Shown here in pieces: positions 17,851-32,341 of a DNA stretch of 64,000 nucleotides. This stretch comes from Eledone cirrhosa (lineage: Eukaryota). A program made the translations under genes and the position numbers. The notes below the pieces were generated by a model. The model ran no database searches. It saw nothing but the letters and a program-made list of their open reading frames with translations, and had not been told where the DNA came from. The DNA is taken from contig OZ024741.1 in the NCBI GenBank assembly GCA_964016885.1, forward strand, positions 328,662,001 to 328,726,000. The letters are read 5' to 3'. Position 1 is the stretch's first letter, and each line of letters begins with the position of its first letter.

Positions 17851-18181
17851 ATAGATTTATGGCATTTACTTCCAAATGGACTGGGGAGGGTATTATTTGC
17901 TTGCAGCTTCAAATGCAACTATTATTTATCAAAGAATTTAAAATTGATCTGTTAATGATGGATCTATGTCAAGTCAAATTTCGTTGAATGAGGACTCACT
18001 GCATTAACCTTGAGTTATTTGTCGGAAACAACAACCAAAACTAACAGAAATGAATATACAAAAAAATATTATAGGTTTCACAAGTGTTATTTTTAGTAGT
18101 GTTTCCATAAATTAAATAAAAAATCCAAAATTGAATGAGTCTGACACACATATATATATACAGAGTTATAAAAGAAACGTG

Positions 18182-18224
<43 letters not shown>

Positions 18225-20726
18225 TATGAAGAGGATAGTGGTAAGAAACTCTTAGGAGAGCTGGACAGTGAAAGGTCTTCAGAGAAGAAGCCCCCTCACA
18301 CAAGTATTTTGGCCCTTAACGTCTTACACTCTACAGGGGGCGGGCCACATCGACGTCAATTAAGCCGCATGGAGATTTTTTTGACAAGATCTAGCAGGAA
18401 CTCTGCTTTGTTGCCTCTGCTTCGAAACTACATTTAGAAGATTTCTTGAGTTTGAGAAAAAAATAACAGTCCTAGTCATGGTAACGGTGAGTAGTCAACA
18501 ATGTCCCCACCACTGCCACAAACATGTCTTAGAGTTTCTTCCTTTATCGTATGTTAAAATACAAACACAATGTCTTCAAACTGTATGGAGATCTTTTTTT
18601 TTTCACAAGCTAAATCTTACGTATGACACGGAGATATAAAGAATGTATGACAAAATCTGATGTAGCCAATAGAGGGAAGAGAGGAATTTGATATTAAAAC
18701 AGGCGTGTGTTGTTGGTTTATGTTTATTGAACGCGTGTCGCTTACTTGTTTTAATCGTACCTCCTTTCAAGCTTGAGAGAGAGTGAAGGACGTTCAATAC
18801 TCAAGCAAGCGTGTGTTTGTTACTTTAGTGTCGGTTACTAGGTTGAATGCGTTTCGCTCATTTTCTTCGCTTTCTTTATCTCAGTTTCTTTCTCTCTTCA
18901 TTCATGCATTGTTAACCTACTTGCTTAGTTCGATCTTTGACTCCAAGTGCTCTATTTAATTTCACGTGTGCTTTCTCTCAAATTGTCACTTCTTCGTTCT
19001 CTCTATTTTCCGCCATATTCCATCGGAGTGAAAACAACCACCACAGATTGACAAAGAAAACCAAACATATAGAAAGAAGAATATAGGTCCAAGTGTAAGA
19101 AAACCCTATTACTGAGTCTAAAGAATTCACATACCAAGTTTGAACATTATTGGCCTACTGCTTTTTAAGTACATTGCAGACAGACAGGCAAACAGCCGAG
19201 TTATATATATATATATAGAGAGAGAGAGAAGGTAACAATATATCGTTAAAGGTAATCCGATAAGAGTTTGTAAAAACTACTTATGATGGATAGTTTAAGC
19301 GTACGGTGCTGTGTGACTCAACAAGAGGTTTACGTGGGGGATGAGTAAATGACTTCACTTGTTTTCCTATGTAAGTATATCTTGAAGTAATACAAAAAAG
19401 TGAAGAATACCATGGTCAACATTATAAACAAGGAGATTTATTTACAGTCTGACAATTGTTTCTATGATAGAGTAGTCTAAAAATAGCTAAACACAATAGC
19501 TAAATATAGTGAGACTCAATTTAAAATACATTCATCATTTCATCGGACACTGAAAATAATACAACATATATGCGTAACGGTAACTATATAGATTCAAATT
19601 ACTACATCAATAATAGTATTAATAGTTAATTATTGAATAACTTCAGTTCCTTTGTATTTACATTATTATGTTATCTATTTTATTCATGTCCATTTCTCTT
19701 GCATTTCTCTACTTAAACCTACTTCATCTCGATCATTTTACCTTATTTCATCATGTAATACATCTTAAACTAGCTAATTCACTTATTAAAACATCAAATA
19801 CAAGCATAAATATATCCAAGATTATAATATTTTCAACTTTACATTTATCCATTTTTAATAATCATCAATAACTATTCGCAATAACATTAACAACATTAAT
19901 ACCACTCTTTCTCTTCAACACACTTATTTTTTTCATCTATTCTCGTCTCTACGTTTCGTATATTATACTATTCTATATAACAATAGATGTAAATTGTTTA
20001 TTTACTCATCTATCTGTTTATTTATTTATCCATCATTGTACCTGTGTATTTATTTATTTATTTATTTATTTATTTACTTACTTATTTATTTATTTATTAT
20101 TATTTATTATTTATTATTATATTTTTTTGTTTCTGTGCTTAAATCTCTATTTCATATTTGCTTTAAGTCTGGTATTGTATATATTCGTCCGTCTGTTTAT
20201 CTTCCTCTTTCTCTCCTCCTATCTCTGACTGTATTCCTATTTCCCTCTCTATCTCTTTCACTTCTTCCTTATTCATCCTTCTTTTTCTTCTCTACCTTCA
20301 CTGCATCCACCCCACCCCCCTCTTCTTTTTTTCTTTTTCTTTCTATCCGTTTCTTTATTATTAATATTATATTTATTCTGAGGTGTTAGTTTGATTTCGT
20401 AATTTTGCCGGTTATGCATTTAACAACTTTATTTTCGTTTCCTCTTTCTCCCTCTTTTCCATCTGTCCCCCTTCCTTTATTTCGCTCTCTATATATTTAT
20501 CATAAATACTATTATTGATGAAGTAATTTGAATCTATATATTTACCGTTACGCATATATGTTGTATTCTTTTCAGTGTCCGATGAAATGATGGAGTGTCA
20601 ACGTATTTTAAATTGAGTCTCACTATCTTTAGTGTTTAGCAATTTTTAGACTACTCTATCATAGAAACAATTGTCAGACTGTAAATAAATCTCCTTGTTT
20701 ATAATGTTGACCATGTTATTCTTCAC

Positions 20727-20811
<85 letters not shown>

Positions 20812-21365
20812 TATGTATCTATGTAACTCTGTATATACATATGTATATGTATATATATATATGTGTGTGTGTATGCAACTATCTATTTATCTATACATAT
20901 ATATATATATGCTGTAAATATGGTTGGTGTTAAGACAGGCATCTGGCAGTAGAAACCAACCCAAAATCAGTTCTGTTTGAGCAAGACATGATCATCTGAT
21001 CTGGCTTGTCTCGCAATTGAGGCAAGGCTGAACGTTTCATAGACTGACTATGAAGAAGTGATACTCCAGATGTGTAATCTGGTATGCATTAATTTCAGTG
21101 TCGAAAAGCTATTCTTGTGTCTAAGGAACCAACATGCCACGTTTGAACAGGATTGGTCCACATGTTTTTAAGTACATTGGAGAGGCACGGACAAACACAT
21201 TCGCGCTGCTGGAATTTTATGGATTAACAATTTAAGAGTTTATAGATCTCTAAGTACCTGTCAGCGTACCCTCGTAATCACATATATATACGTGTGTGTC
21301 TACCTGCGTATGTGACTATATATAATGTGTATATATATATCAATAAACATACACTTAATTATGCC

Positions 21366-21433
<68 letters not shown>

Positions 21434-21500
21434 AATATATATATATATATATTATTCATACACACACACACGCACACACGCACACACATACACACACATG

Positions 21501-21547
<47 letters not shown>

Positions 21548-22028
21548 GCAAGTATATGCGTTCATGTGTATGTGTATTTATGCATGTGTGTGTGAGTGTC
21601 TGTATTCATCTTACATTTAATCCGTGAATCATGCGACGTTCAACTTTGCAACGGCTGTTCACCTAGAACATAAAAAACAAAAAGTTGTTTAGAATAAATT
21701 TAAATAAAGAAATATGATCATTTTGCTGAAATTGCAAGCAGTCACGTTGAAGTAGGTGACGTCGATAAATGTAATTATGACCTTGAAAAAGACTTTTAAA
21801 AATTACTGGGTATGTGTTTTTCTTTTATGTTCTTTGAGTTGTTGCCTTCATTGGATCTACCAAATCTTTATTACTTATTTTATTTACTTAATTAGTTTTA
21901 ACGTCTATGTAGAGCTAGTAAGTCATGGCAGAGTTTGGAAAATATCTAGTAGTTGTTCCAGTTGAGAAACGTTAAAAAATACACTTAAAAATAAGAATTA
22001 AAAATAAATGAAATAAAACAAATATATC

Positions 22029-22248
22029 TTAACCCCTTTTGTGATAGAATTTCTAAGGGAATACACTTCATGTAAATTATTGAACAATTTTGAGGGATTC
22101 ACTAAAATTATTGTTTATTTCAATACTAACATAGAAACTTAACACATAGTTCTCATATTTTAGATTTTAATTAAATTCGGAGCTCTTTAAAATGAGGCGT
22201 TCATAGAACAAGAGTTACTTTTGGAGGGATAATTATCAAAAGCGTTAA
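22029..22248. mobile_element. Possible TTAA-flanked MITE
   Basis: ttaa-ccccttttgtgata ... tatcaaaagcg-ttaa; imperfect terminal inverted repeats. Confidence 0.35.
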
Positions 22249-23459
22249 GCTGGTAAAATACGTGAGATGCTAAAGCAATGAATCTCTCCAGATATAGAGT
22301 ATATAGGTTTTGGGAGTATACAGTTTGGAATAGGTTGAACGAGGCGACTGAACGATTTAGTGCTAGGAAAGAACGTATACAATGCCCCCAAAAGCTCCCA
22401 TGGTCGTATGACTCATGCTATGAGATCTACAATGACCTTAAAGTGATGCTTGTTGTGGATAGACAATCTAGAAAGGTATAATGAACTGTGTCCTTATTTT
22501 AACAAAGTATGGTGTGATCTCTGGTACTTTGTATAATCTAGAAAGAGAAGATGCACCCAGGCATGGTGCTACCTTTAGGCTAAGTATGCATCCGCCTATA
22601 GCGCTTACATCAGTGTTATTAAAAGTTTTATAATAATATTACATATATTATAATGTCCTATAACATGATTTGGGTCGGTGACTTTCGTTGGTGTAGTAGG
22701 AATATTTAGAAATGTTCTTTGTATGGTCAGTGTTAAAAGTATGAACTTAATGTCGTTAGCTTGCCAAACGAAACTTAGAATTATTTTATATGAGAAAATG
22801 AGGGAGGAGGAGAAGCTCATTGTATTGATTGCCTAGGGCGCTATATATCAAGGAACCGATGTGGGTTCATTAATTCAACTTAATGTAGTGACGTCAAAAT
22901 AAAATTCTTTACAATAATACATTCGCCTCAAAAAAACAATCGTTCGTTCTTCGCACCTGCAAATATATTTAGCTCTTTCTGATAATGTATGACGATCAAT
23001 AGCTTTCTTAAAGAAATGTGTAGGTAATATAATACACTGAATTCTACAGTTTCTATGTGTGCTCCATTTCGTTTTTTTTTTTGTTTTTTTTTCACATTAT
23101 GAATAGATGTTGGCAATTATTGAGAAATAAAGACTTTGTATTCATGAATCTTATCGTCATTCATATCAGATATTGATGTTTAATGTGTGATAATAACTCA
23201 CAGAACAGTAGGCGTTCTGTAATATAACGATTTTGAATCTGGGAACAATAAGAATTAACCAGTATATTTTCAATAAAGTCACCTAACAGACAGGAGGAGT
23301 TTTATACAGTTGGCTTGGTTAAGCCTTTTGATACCGTATTTCAAATGATAAACATCGCCTATGTTTTTGAAATCAATTTGAAAATAATGAAGGATTTGAG
23401 AGAATTAGTAACATAACTAATTTTCCTATTATCAAGCTGGCGTTTGGAACATAACTTAA

Positions 23460-25011
23460 TCTATACTATAAAGCTGACGGCCGTATGTAAGTAACAAACT
23501 TTCCGCCAAGCGGCTGGACCATACGGCACCAAATTTGCACCATTGATGTAACTTTTTCCAAGTAAGAAAGTGAGGCTATTTTTGTCTACTGAATGTTGTT
23601 AAAAGATTAAAGACATTATTTAAATATTCATTTCTTTAAAATTTCAAATGTCAACACTTCCGGTTATACGAAGTTCCTAACGTCTTCACGAACCAAAGTA
23701 TCATCTTCCTGTTTTCTTTCGGTTGCAACGTTTTTCGAAATATTTACTTCTGCGTTCACAGATTGATTTTTTTAGTTTCAGAAGATCCCGTTAAGGGTGA
23801 AAGCAGCGATTCTTTGCTTAAACTTTAATCTGTTATTTACATATATATATATATATATATTCGCGTACAGATATTTTTGCATACACAAAAACAAAATATA
23901 AACAAACGTATTTATTTTACGAAAGCACAGACGGCTTATCATCATTGTTGCTGCCAATGTGCCACCCAAAAAGTCCTAGCCTCGCTGCAAGATCAGATTT
24001 TCCAGAAGAAAAAAATGTTACTAGAGCAACAGGGAGACTAAGCTTCGCGATTAACATCAACAGAGCTCAGGGTCAAACCCTAAAAGTGGCTTGCCTTCAC
24101 TTGGGAAAACGATGGTCAATTGTATGTAGGATGCTCTAGGGTGAGCTAAGGAAGAGGAGACGAAGGATAGAAGGAGAAAAGAAACCTACAATGAAGGAAC
24201 ATCTTAAAGTTAACCCAAGCCAAATGTTGTGTATATTAACATTTCTATCTGCAGGTTCTTAGCAAGCTTACTGGCGCTTTAGTATGGTGTTCAATTCTCA
24301 TATCGTTTTTGATTGATATGGTGCATATATCGCAGCTATTTATATGTTTTAAACATTAGATAACGATTGCTGGTGTATATTGTACGACAGAATTAGCTGA
24401 AAAATATTTTGAATGAACAAATAAAAGAGATATAAAAGAGAGATGATTGTTGGTTGGTTCCTTCACGTATCACACGAAAAAAACGAAAATTGACAATCGG
24501 AAAGTATTTACAGGATTGGAATAAGAGTATATCCAGGAAAGTTTATTGATACTAATTTTATAACACCAAAGAAGAAGAACGACATACCACGTATGCTAAC
24601 CAACCTGACTGCTATATCTAGCAGGTTGGGAATCAACCATAAGGGATTCTCTCTGCGAGTTCGTTGTCAGTGATGATCGTGTTTCGCGGCCTATGTCTCC
24701 GATTCCAACGGTGGATTACACATACACACACGCACACGCATACGCACACACTCTCACACTCACACACATATATATATATATACACACATATATATATACA
24801 CACACACACATATATACACACACACGCACACACCCACACATATATATATATACACAAACACACGCAAACATACAAACACACACACACACACACACGCGCA
24901 CACAATACACACACACACTGTAAACAAGGCAATACATTCAATACAGACGTTTTCTCTTCTGCCGGTCTTCTCTTATTTGTTAACCTTGGCGAAGCTGGGT
25001 ACCTCACCTAG
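23460..25011 (+). mobile_element. Non-autonomous Helitron with a nested HHR element
   Basis: A|TCTATACTATAAAG start; ccttggcgaagctggg..CTAG|T end; PIF1 motif RLSFAININRAQGQTLKVACLHL at ~24035-24105. Confidence 0.75.
23774..23824 (+). ncRNA. HHR-like motif, CAGAAGA-core family (best copy)
   Basis: agttt-CAGAAGA-t-ccc-gttaa-ggg-t-GAAA-gca-gcgattctt-tgc-TT-aaact; all three stems pair. Confidence 0.65.
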
Positions 25012-26164
25012 TAATTAATAAAATGGAAGGTTTATAGATAAATATAAACACTTTATACAGTAAATAGGTTTGTATCATAAAACCAGGAATCGTATCAGAT
25101 AGTTCGGTATCAATTCTTATTGGGACTGAGGGAGAGAGAAAGAGAGAGTGACAGAGAGGGAAAGAGAGGGAGCGAGAAAGATAGATAGAGAGAGGATGAG
25201 AAATAGAGAGTGAGTGAGATAGAGGACGAGAGAGAGAGAGAAGGAAAAGTGGACAGGGGGTAGCATGATTTAAACAATTCAATTCATAAAGAATCAGAAT
25301 ATTTGGTAAAATCGTTGATTCGTCGAAAAATGACAGGTATTTATTTTGTTTTGTTGTTTTCTGATTTGAAATCCGCTGAATGAGAGTTTCCATTTTATTC
25401 CTTGATGGGTTGATAACATATACAGTATGATACAATAACTGTCTGATTGATTCTCCGTCAGTTTCGTCGATGAGCACCCAGTTTTTCAAGCAACTAAAAG
25501 TTCAACTTGCTAATTAAAGTCTAAGTGGTTGAGTATTCCCTAGACACTTATGTTCCGATTAACGTAATTCCGAAAATCAATGAGCAGAGTGAAACAGTAT
25601 GTGGCGGCTTGAGCTTTCAAATACAGGTACAATCAATACGACAGGCTTCAACACAGTTTCCGTCCACCCTATTTCCGTTTACCCAATTATATTCAAAGGC
25701 TTAGGTCCATCAGATGTTATGATACAGACACTTGTCTAATATGTGACACAATGGGGTCGAACCTGTTACCAAAATATTTCAAAACAGTCATCTTAACACA
25801 GCAATGACTGCCTCATCTCAATCTAAGAAATATGTGATGCCATCGACTCCCAAATCATTTGTTATCGATCGATCCACAAGATCCAATTTCATTCACTTGC
25901 CAAGTTAGGTAAAACTCGTCAAGTCGGAACAAGGAAACAATGTTGCCATTGGTCTTTCAATTAATCATAATATCTACCGGCCGCAACTTCTGTCAGAACG
26001 TTCAACGTAAAATAAAGTACTTTGCTCAAGGACATAACGCTTAGCAAGGTCCGATAATCCAACTCCCAACGAATTCGATTATCTAAACACTTAGACACGC
26101 GCATTCACAACGAACCAATTTATAATTATGTTATCCACTGGTAATATATTTTATCGATCTCGGC

Positions 26165-27090
26165 AAATAGTGACTTCTAATTTTGACACAATGTCAGCAA
26201 TTTAAAGAAAGTGAAAGTCGATCATATCTACCCAGTATTTGACTGGTACTTTATTTTATTAACCTCGGGAAGATAAAAGGGAACTGTGGAGCTCATGAAC
26301 TCAGCATGTTGTCCGAAGTTCTACCGATACTGCCATTCCACCGATCTCATAATAATTGTTTCTACTTTTGGCACAAAGCCAGGAATTATCCCAGTACACG
26401 ATCTCATAATAATGGTTTCTAACTTAGGCACAATGTCTTCAATTCTGGGTGGAGGGGAACAATTCATAAAATCAAGCCCAAAATATGACTGGTACAATTT
26501 TTATGGAACCCGAAACGATAAAAAGCAAAATTGTCCTCGGTGGGATTTGAAATCAGAATGTAAAATACCGCATTAAACTTTATTTGACGCTCTAACGATT
26601 CTGCTTATTCATCGCTCTCACCTCGGGAAATAATGGTTTCAGATTTAAGCACAAGGCTAACAATTTAGGGGTAGAGGAAAGTCGATTAAGTTGACCCCAA
26701 ACGTTACTGTTACTTCATTTTAGAGGTGAAATGAAAAGCTAATCTCAGCGGGAATTGTACTTAGATTGCAAATTGCCCCAACAAATATTACAAAGTATTT
26801 CCCCCAACGCGGTAACGATTCTATTAATCCACGGACGTCACTTCGGAAAATAATGGTTCCTATTATAGGCAAAAGCCGAGCAATTTTTGGGGAGGGGGAA
26901 GTCGATTAAATCGACTCCAGTGCGTGACTGGTACTTTATTTTATCGACCCGTGAGGATGAAAGGCAAAGATAACCTCGACGGGATTTGAACTCAGATCAT
27001 AAAGGGTCGTAACTCTATGCTGCAAAGCATGGCGTCAGACCCTCTACCGATACTGCCAATCCACCGCCCTGTCACTTCGGAAAATAATGA
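26165..27090 (-). mobile_element. Head-to-tail cluster of diverged Meta-domain tRNA SINEs
   Basis: Repeated ggtttct..ttaggcacaa, ctggtactttattttatcgac, ggatttgaactcag motifs about every 220-240 bp. Confidence 0.7.
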
Positions 27091-28794
27091 AACTTAAACT
27101 GAACACATATGATTTGAGACTGGGAACGTAAAGCGACGTAACTAAATACAACACAATATTTTTCTTTATCACATACTCTACTAAATCTACAATCGAATCT
27201 TTGCTGATATAAAATGGTAATTATCTTAAAGTTACATTCTTTTCTTTCTATTTTCTTTTTTTTTCTGTAACTTTTATCTGTTATATATTATGCAACAAAA
27301 TAAACGAGAATCGAAATGATTTCTGAATTTTACGACGCACCGATTCATAATAATTGAGGAAATTTGTGAAATGTGGCTATTCCATGCCAAAAATGCAAGC
27401 TACGCAACAGCGGACATTGAAAAATACTAAACCAAAATCAAATAAGATAAAATGAAATAAAATAAATAAAACAATGAAAAGTATTTTAGAAGGAGATAAA
27501 TGAACGCCGTGTGGTGTGTTATTGGTTGTTTATGTCATATAATGTATTTTGTTTGTTTTAAGTGATTAATGTTCCAAAAGGTGTATCGATTTGAAAGAAA
27601 ACATGGAAGAGAATGGAACTAAATGAAGTTTAAGTGAACAATCACGTTACCAAATGTTGGCTTATTTTCAATTTCATTTTATACTGACCATATATATTAT
27701 GTGTATTTTCTCTCAGCCATTATGTATGAGTTGGTGGGGTAGGAGAAGGGCAATACCTAATGACTCCTTTTTCACCACCCCCACTCCCGAGACATATGAT
27801 GTCGTTACGGTTAAATTGCTGCATGCCCTCGACTGCACGAAGGGCATGGAGACAGAGTATTTCTGATGGGTGAAGTTTGGAAAAGAAAGGCCTAAAGGTA
27901 TTGGAAATTGCACACTTTAAGAGGATGGAGAGAACTGTTTCAGTACCTATACAATACATTCGTCTACTTAATTTCACGCATAAGGCATTTTTTTAATCGA
28001 GATTACAGTAAAGACACTTACACAAGATATCACGCAGTGAAATCCAACATGCATCATCCAGGTTGCTGAGCGAACTTTTTAACCACTTAGACACGCCTAC
28101 GACCAAAAGTTCCTCAATGTCTTACAAAGGAAGGATACATTCAATACTATATATCTAGGTACAATCTGAGTCACAAAATGACGAAAGGGGCTGAAATGGA
28201 AAGTATTTGTAGGAAACATTTTAGCGGTTACAAGAAAAAAACAGAGGAGCACATTCAACCAGTTGGTATGGACTCAGTCTTTTGAGGGATCAAATGACCT
28301 CAAGATCTTGTTATTTTTTCTGTAATCTTATTTATAAGTAAATCATATATACTATATACAGATGAACTATACCCATAATCTATAACTAGATCAGAGGGAT
28401 TTCACCTTGATTAGCAAAGTAGGTGACTTCTAGTTTCAAATGGAGTCAACATTTCTTATCCGACCTGGGCCCATTACCAGATTTAGTGGTCTACACTTCA
28501 TACAGGGCATAGGCGCAATGCCATGTTTAGGGGGTTTACATGTTATACATGGCCTTGGCCCATTACCAAGATTAGGGACCTATATTTCACATCTGGCCTG
28601 CACTAGTTTCCTGGACACATGATATGCGACAAAGAGCCGCCAGATTTTAACGTACCTGGACAATGATTCTTATCGACACGTTAAATAATATCCTTCTAGA
28701 TACTCCATGTCTGAAAAATATATCAGGATAGTCACAGCTAAAACGGATTTGATTGTTAAGGTGTTGTTGTGTCAATGCTTCTCAAGGATTACCT

Positions 28795-30075
28795 TCTGGT
28801 TTCTACTTTAAGCTCAAGGCCAGTAGTTTCTAATTTACTAGAACTTAATTTTGACAAGAGTGAAAGGATAAAGTTCAACGTTGACATAAGGCAGCTTTGA
28901 ACTCACAACGTAAAGAGCCGGAGAAATACTGCTAATGATTTGTCCGACGCTCAATTTTCTCTGTTAATCCACCTGTGCTTCATTGGTACTTGATTTTATC
29001 AACGCCATAAGGATAAAATGTAAAGTTAACCTTTGCAAGATTTGAACTTAGAACGTAAAGAACCGTGACAAAATGCCGCAAACCGATTCTTGGACTAAAT
29101 AACTGTTCCTAACATAAGCACTAGGCCAGTAATCTTTGGAGATGGTAATTTCAATAAAATTCCTCCAGTAATTAATGGTAACTTTTTTAATGGAGTCCAG
29201 ACAGATGAAATGCAAGGTTAACCTCGGTGTAATTTGAACTCGGAATGTAAAGAGAGAGCCACGACGAAATACTGCAATGCGATAAAAAATAATGATACTG
29301 CCAATTTAATGCTTTCAAATTTGGACCCTAAAACAGCAATTTTAGCGTAAGGGAAAGTCAACTAAATCGACCCAGGTACTTGTCTGGTACTTTATTTTAT
29401 CGAACTCAAGGAAGATTGACCTCCAGGGAATTTGAACACAGAACACATTTTGCCCGATAATCTGACGATTCTGCAACTCCTCTGCCAATCTGGACTAAAT
29501 AATGTTTTCTAATTTAGGCACAGTGCCAGCAATTTGGGGCAGAGGAATGTTGATTAAATCGACGCCAGTACTTAACTGGTATTTTACTTTATCGACCTTG
29601 AAAGGAGAAATGGGAAAGCTGAGCGCGGGTGGATTTGAACACAGAATGTAATAGGCCGTAACTAAATAACGATCAGCATTTCCTACGACACTCTTACAAT
29701 GTTGCCACTCCATCTCCATTCTAGGACTAAATAATTGTTTCTACATTTAGCACAAGTACAGAAATTCGAAGGGAATAGGAAAGTTGATGAAATAAGCTCC
29801 AGTGCATCAATGTTATTTATTTTATTGAACTCATAACAATGAAAGGCGAAGTTAACCTCGGCGGGAATTGAACTCTGAGCGTAAAGGGCCGTAACTAAAT
29901 CCGCAAAGAATTTTCTAAGACATTCTACCGATTCTGCCACTCCATCTCACTTCTAAATAATTGTTTCTATACTTGGCATAAGCTTAGCAACGTTCTGGAA
30001 TCAGAACGTAAACAACTGTAAGTAAATGTCGTGAAGCATTTTCTACAACACTTTACCGATTCAACCCCTCCACTG
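28795..30075 (-). mobile_element. Second head-to-tail cluster of the same SINE
   Basis: About 6 diverged units, several starting ggactaaataa..tgtt and containing tttgaactc. Confidence 0.7.
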
Positions 30076-30831
30076 CAACGTTCAGGGACTAAAAAACAAC
30101 AACTGAAGCAAGTAATTTCAAGCCAACTTTAAACAATTAGAAGATGTTATTTTATTCTGTCAAGGAAGATTGCAAAATCTATTTCAAACTGAGAGACAAG
30201 CCAGCGTTGCGTATTACGTAATGGATTTGTTGTGCTCTAAAGAAAATAGCTTGCAAGTCGCATAATTAAATATTTTGTCTAAATATCAGTTACATTATTG
30301 AGAAATGCAGTTATACGGGTTTAGCATTTATATAGTTTACTCATTCAAAATAAGATTTGCAACAGCCAAGTTTCGGTGGTCTGTTATAAACCAGAGAAAT
30401 TCTAAATAATAGATAAATAAATAACATCACATGGCTTAAAAATAAGAAAAACATCGCACAGCTCCACCAGTATCACCACCCAACACCCACCACCACTTAC
30501 CAAAAATATAGAAACAAATAACGGTAAGAAAACCTGGAACAATAGAATTAAATGGGAAAGTAAGAATACACACACACACACATCTATATGTAGGCAAATA
30601 CTCATATGTAGGCACATATATAAATATATATATGTATATATATCAGATAGGGTGTGGTAAAAACCAGATAGACCATAACCCACTAGAGTGCGCGATACTA
30701 GAGGTAGTAAAGTGGGTAACATAAAAATATTCAGGACCCCGACGGCTGAGCTCCGGCCGTTTTGACAGCTAGATCCAAACTCGAATTTAGCAGTGGCAAC
30801 GGCCAGAGGTCAGCCGTCGAGTCCTGAATAT

Positions 30832-30908
<77 letters not shown>

Positions 30909-31051
30909 ATGTGTGTGTGTGTGTGTGCGTATGCGCGCGTGTGTGTGGTTTGTGTGCGTGTGTGGTGTGTGGTGTGTGTGCGTGTGTGTGTGTGTTTGTG
31001 CGTGTGTGTATGTGTATATATATATATATGTATATATGTATATATATATAT

Positions 31052-32185
31052 CGTTTCTGAATTTGTTTAGCAAGATTCTTTATCTGAAATCGTGTGTTGA
31101 AACCGATATTGTTATACTTTGGGAGGATCATGTTGCCAATAAGAAACACACGCACCAGTTGCTTTCACTTCAATTTATTATACAATATCAATACAATATC
31201 AATACAATATCAATACAATATCAATACAATATCAATACAATATCAATACAACCCCTAGAGGCGAACTAGCCTACAAATTTAGAAGGGCCCTAAATAAACA
31301 TAATATCAATATTAAGATAGTAGAAAGACCTTTTACCTCCGTAAAAACACTTATTAGCAAGACATACCCGTTCCAAAGACCCTCATGTATAGATAAGAAA
31401 TGTATAACCTGTAAAATAAGCCCCCATATTAACTGTAAAACTAGAATTGTAGTGTATAGCATAAGATGTACTGAAGGACAATGTAGAAACAAAAATATAG
31501 TGTACATAGGTGAGACAGCTCGTAGTATAGGGGAACGAATAAATGAACACTGGCGAGACCTCCAAGATAATAAAGAATCATCTGTGCTCTACCAACATGC
31601 TAAGATAGAACACAGGGGTAGATTAGAGAGCATAGAAATAAAAATAGAATCCACACACAGAAAAGACGCAATGTTTAGGCAAATTACAGAGGCAGTAAGC
31701 ATAAAAGAATTAAAACCAAAATTAAATAGAAAATATGAGTGGAACAGCAACATCACAACTTACAATTAAGGACAAAATGAAAACACACACACACATAGAA
31801 CAAACAACCAACCAACAATAAATAAATAAATAAATAAACAAATAGATAAATGAACACATACACACACAGACACCCGGATGTGGCGCATGCGCAAACTGAG
31901 CACACAACACACACACAGAAACAAAATGGCGTAGGATAGAAGAAAGGAAAGGCACAGAAACGAAGAAAGGAATCCCCAGTCACTGAAGAAGTCACAGAGT
32001 GTGTGACGAAAGGGCTATGACTATATATAAACAACTATCTGGTTGTGGAACCAACCAACCAACCAGAAATTTATAGGTTTGTAAATTTGTAAATTTGTAA
32101 ATTTATAAATATATAATAAATTGAAGTGAAAGCAACTGGTGCGTGTGTTTCTTATTGGCAACATGACCCTCCCAAAGTATAACAA
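31052..32185 (+). mobile_element. 5'-truncated PLE (GIY-YIG + pLTR) with inverted terminal piece
   Basis: VYSIRCTEGQC..VYIGETARSIGERINEH..EAVSIKELKPKLNRKYEW; 31105-31180 inverts 32115-32185; (tacaatatcaa)n at the junction. Confidence 0.9.
31978..32022 (+). ncRNA. Type I HHR in PLE pLTR
   Basis: agtca-CTGAAGA-a-gtcaca-gagtg-tgtgac-GAAA-gggc-TA-tgact. Confidence 0.7.
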
Positions 32186-32211
32186 TATATATATATACAT
32201 GTATATATATG

Positions 32212-32252
<41 letters not shown>

Positions 32253-32341
32253 GAGATATATATATATATATATATATGTAGACGAGATATATATATATAT
32301 ATATATATATAGACGAGATATATATATATATATATATATGT

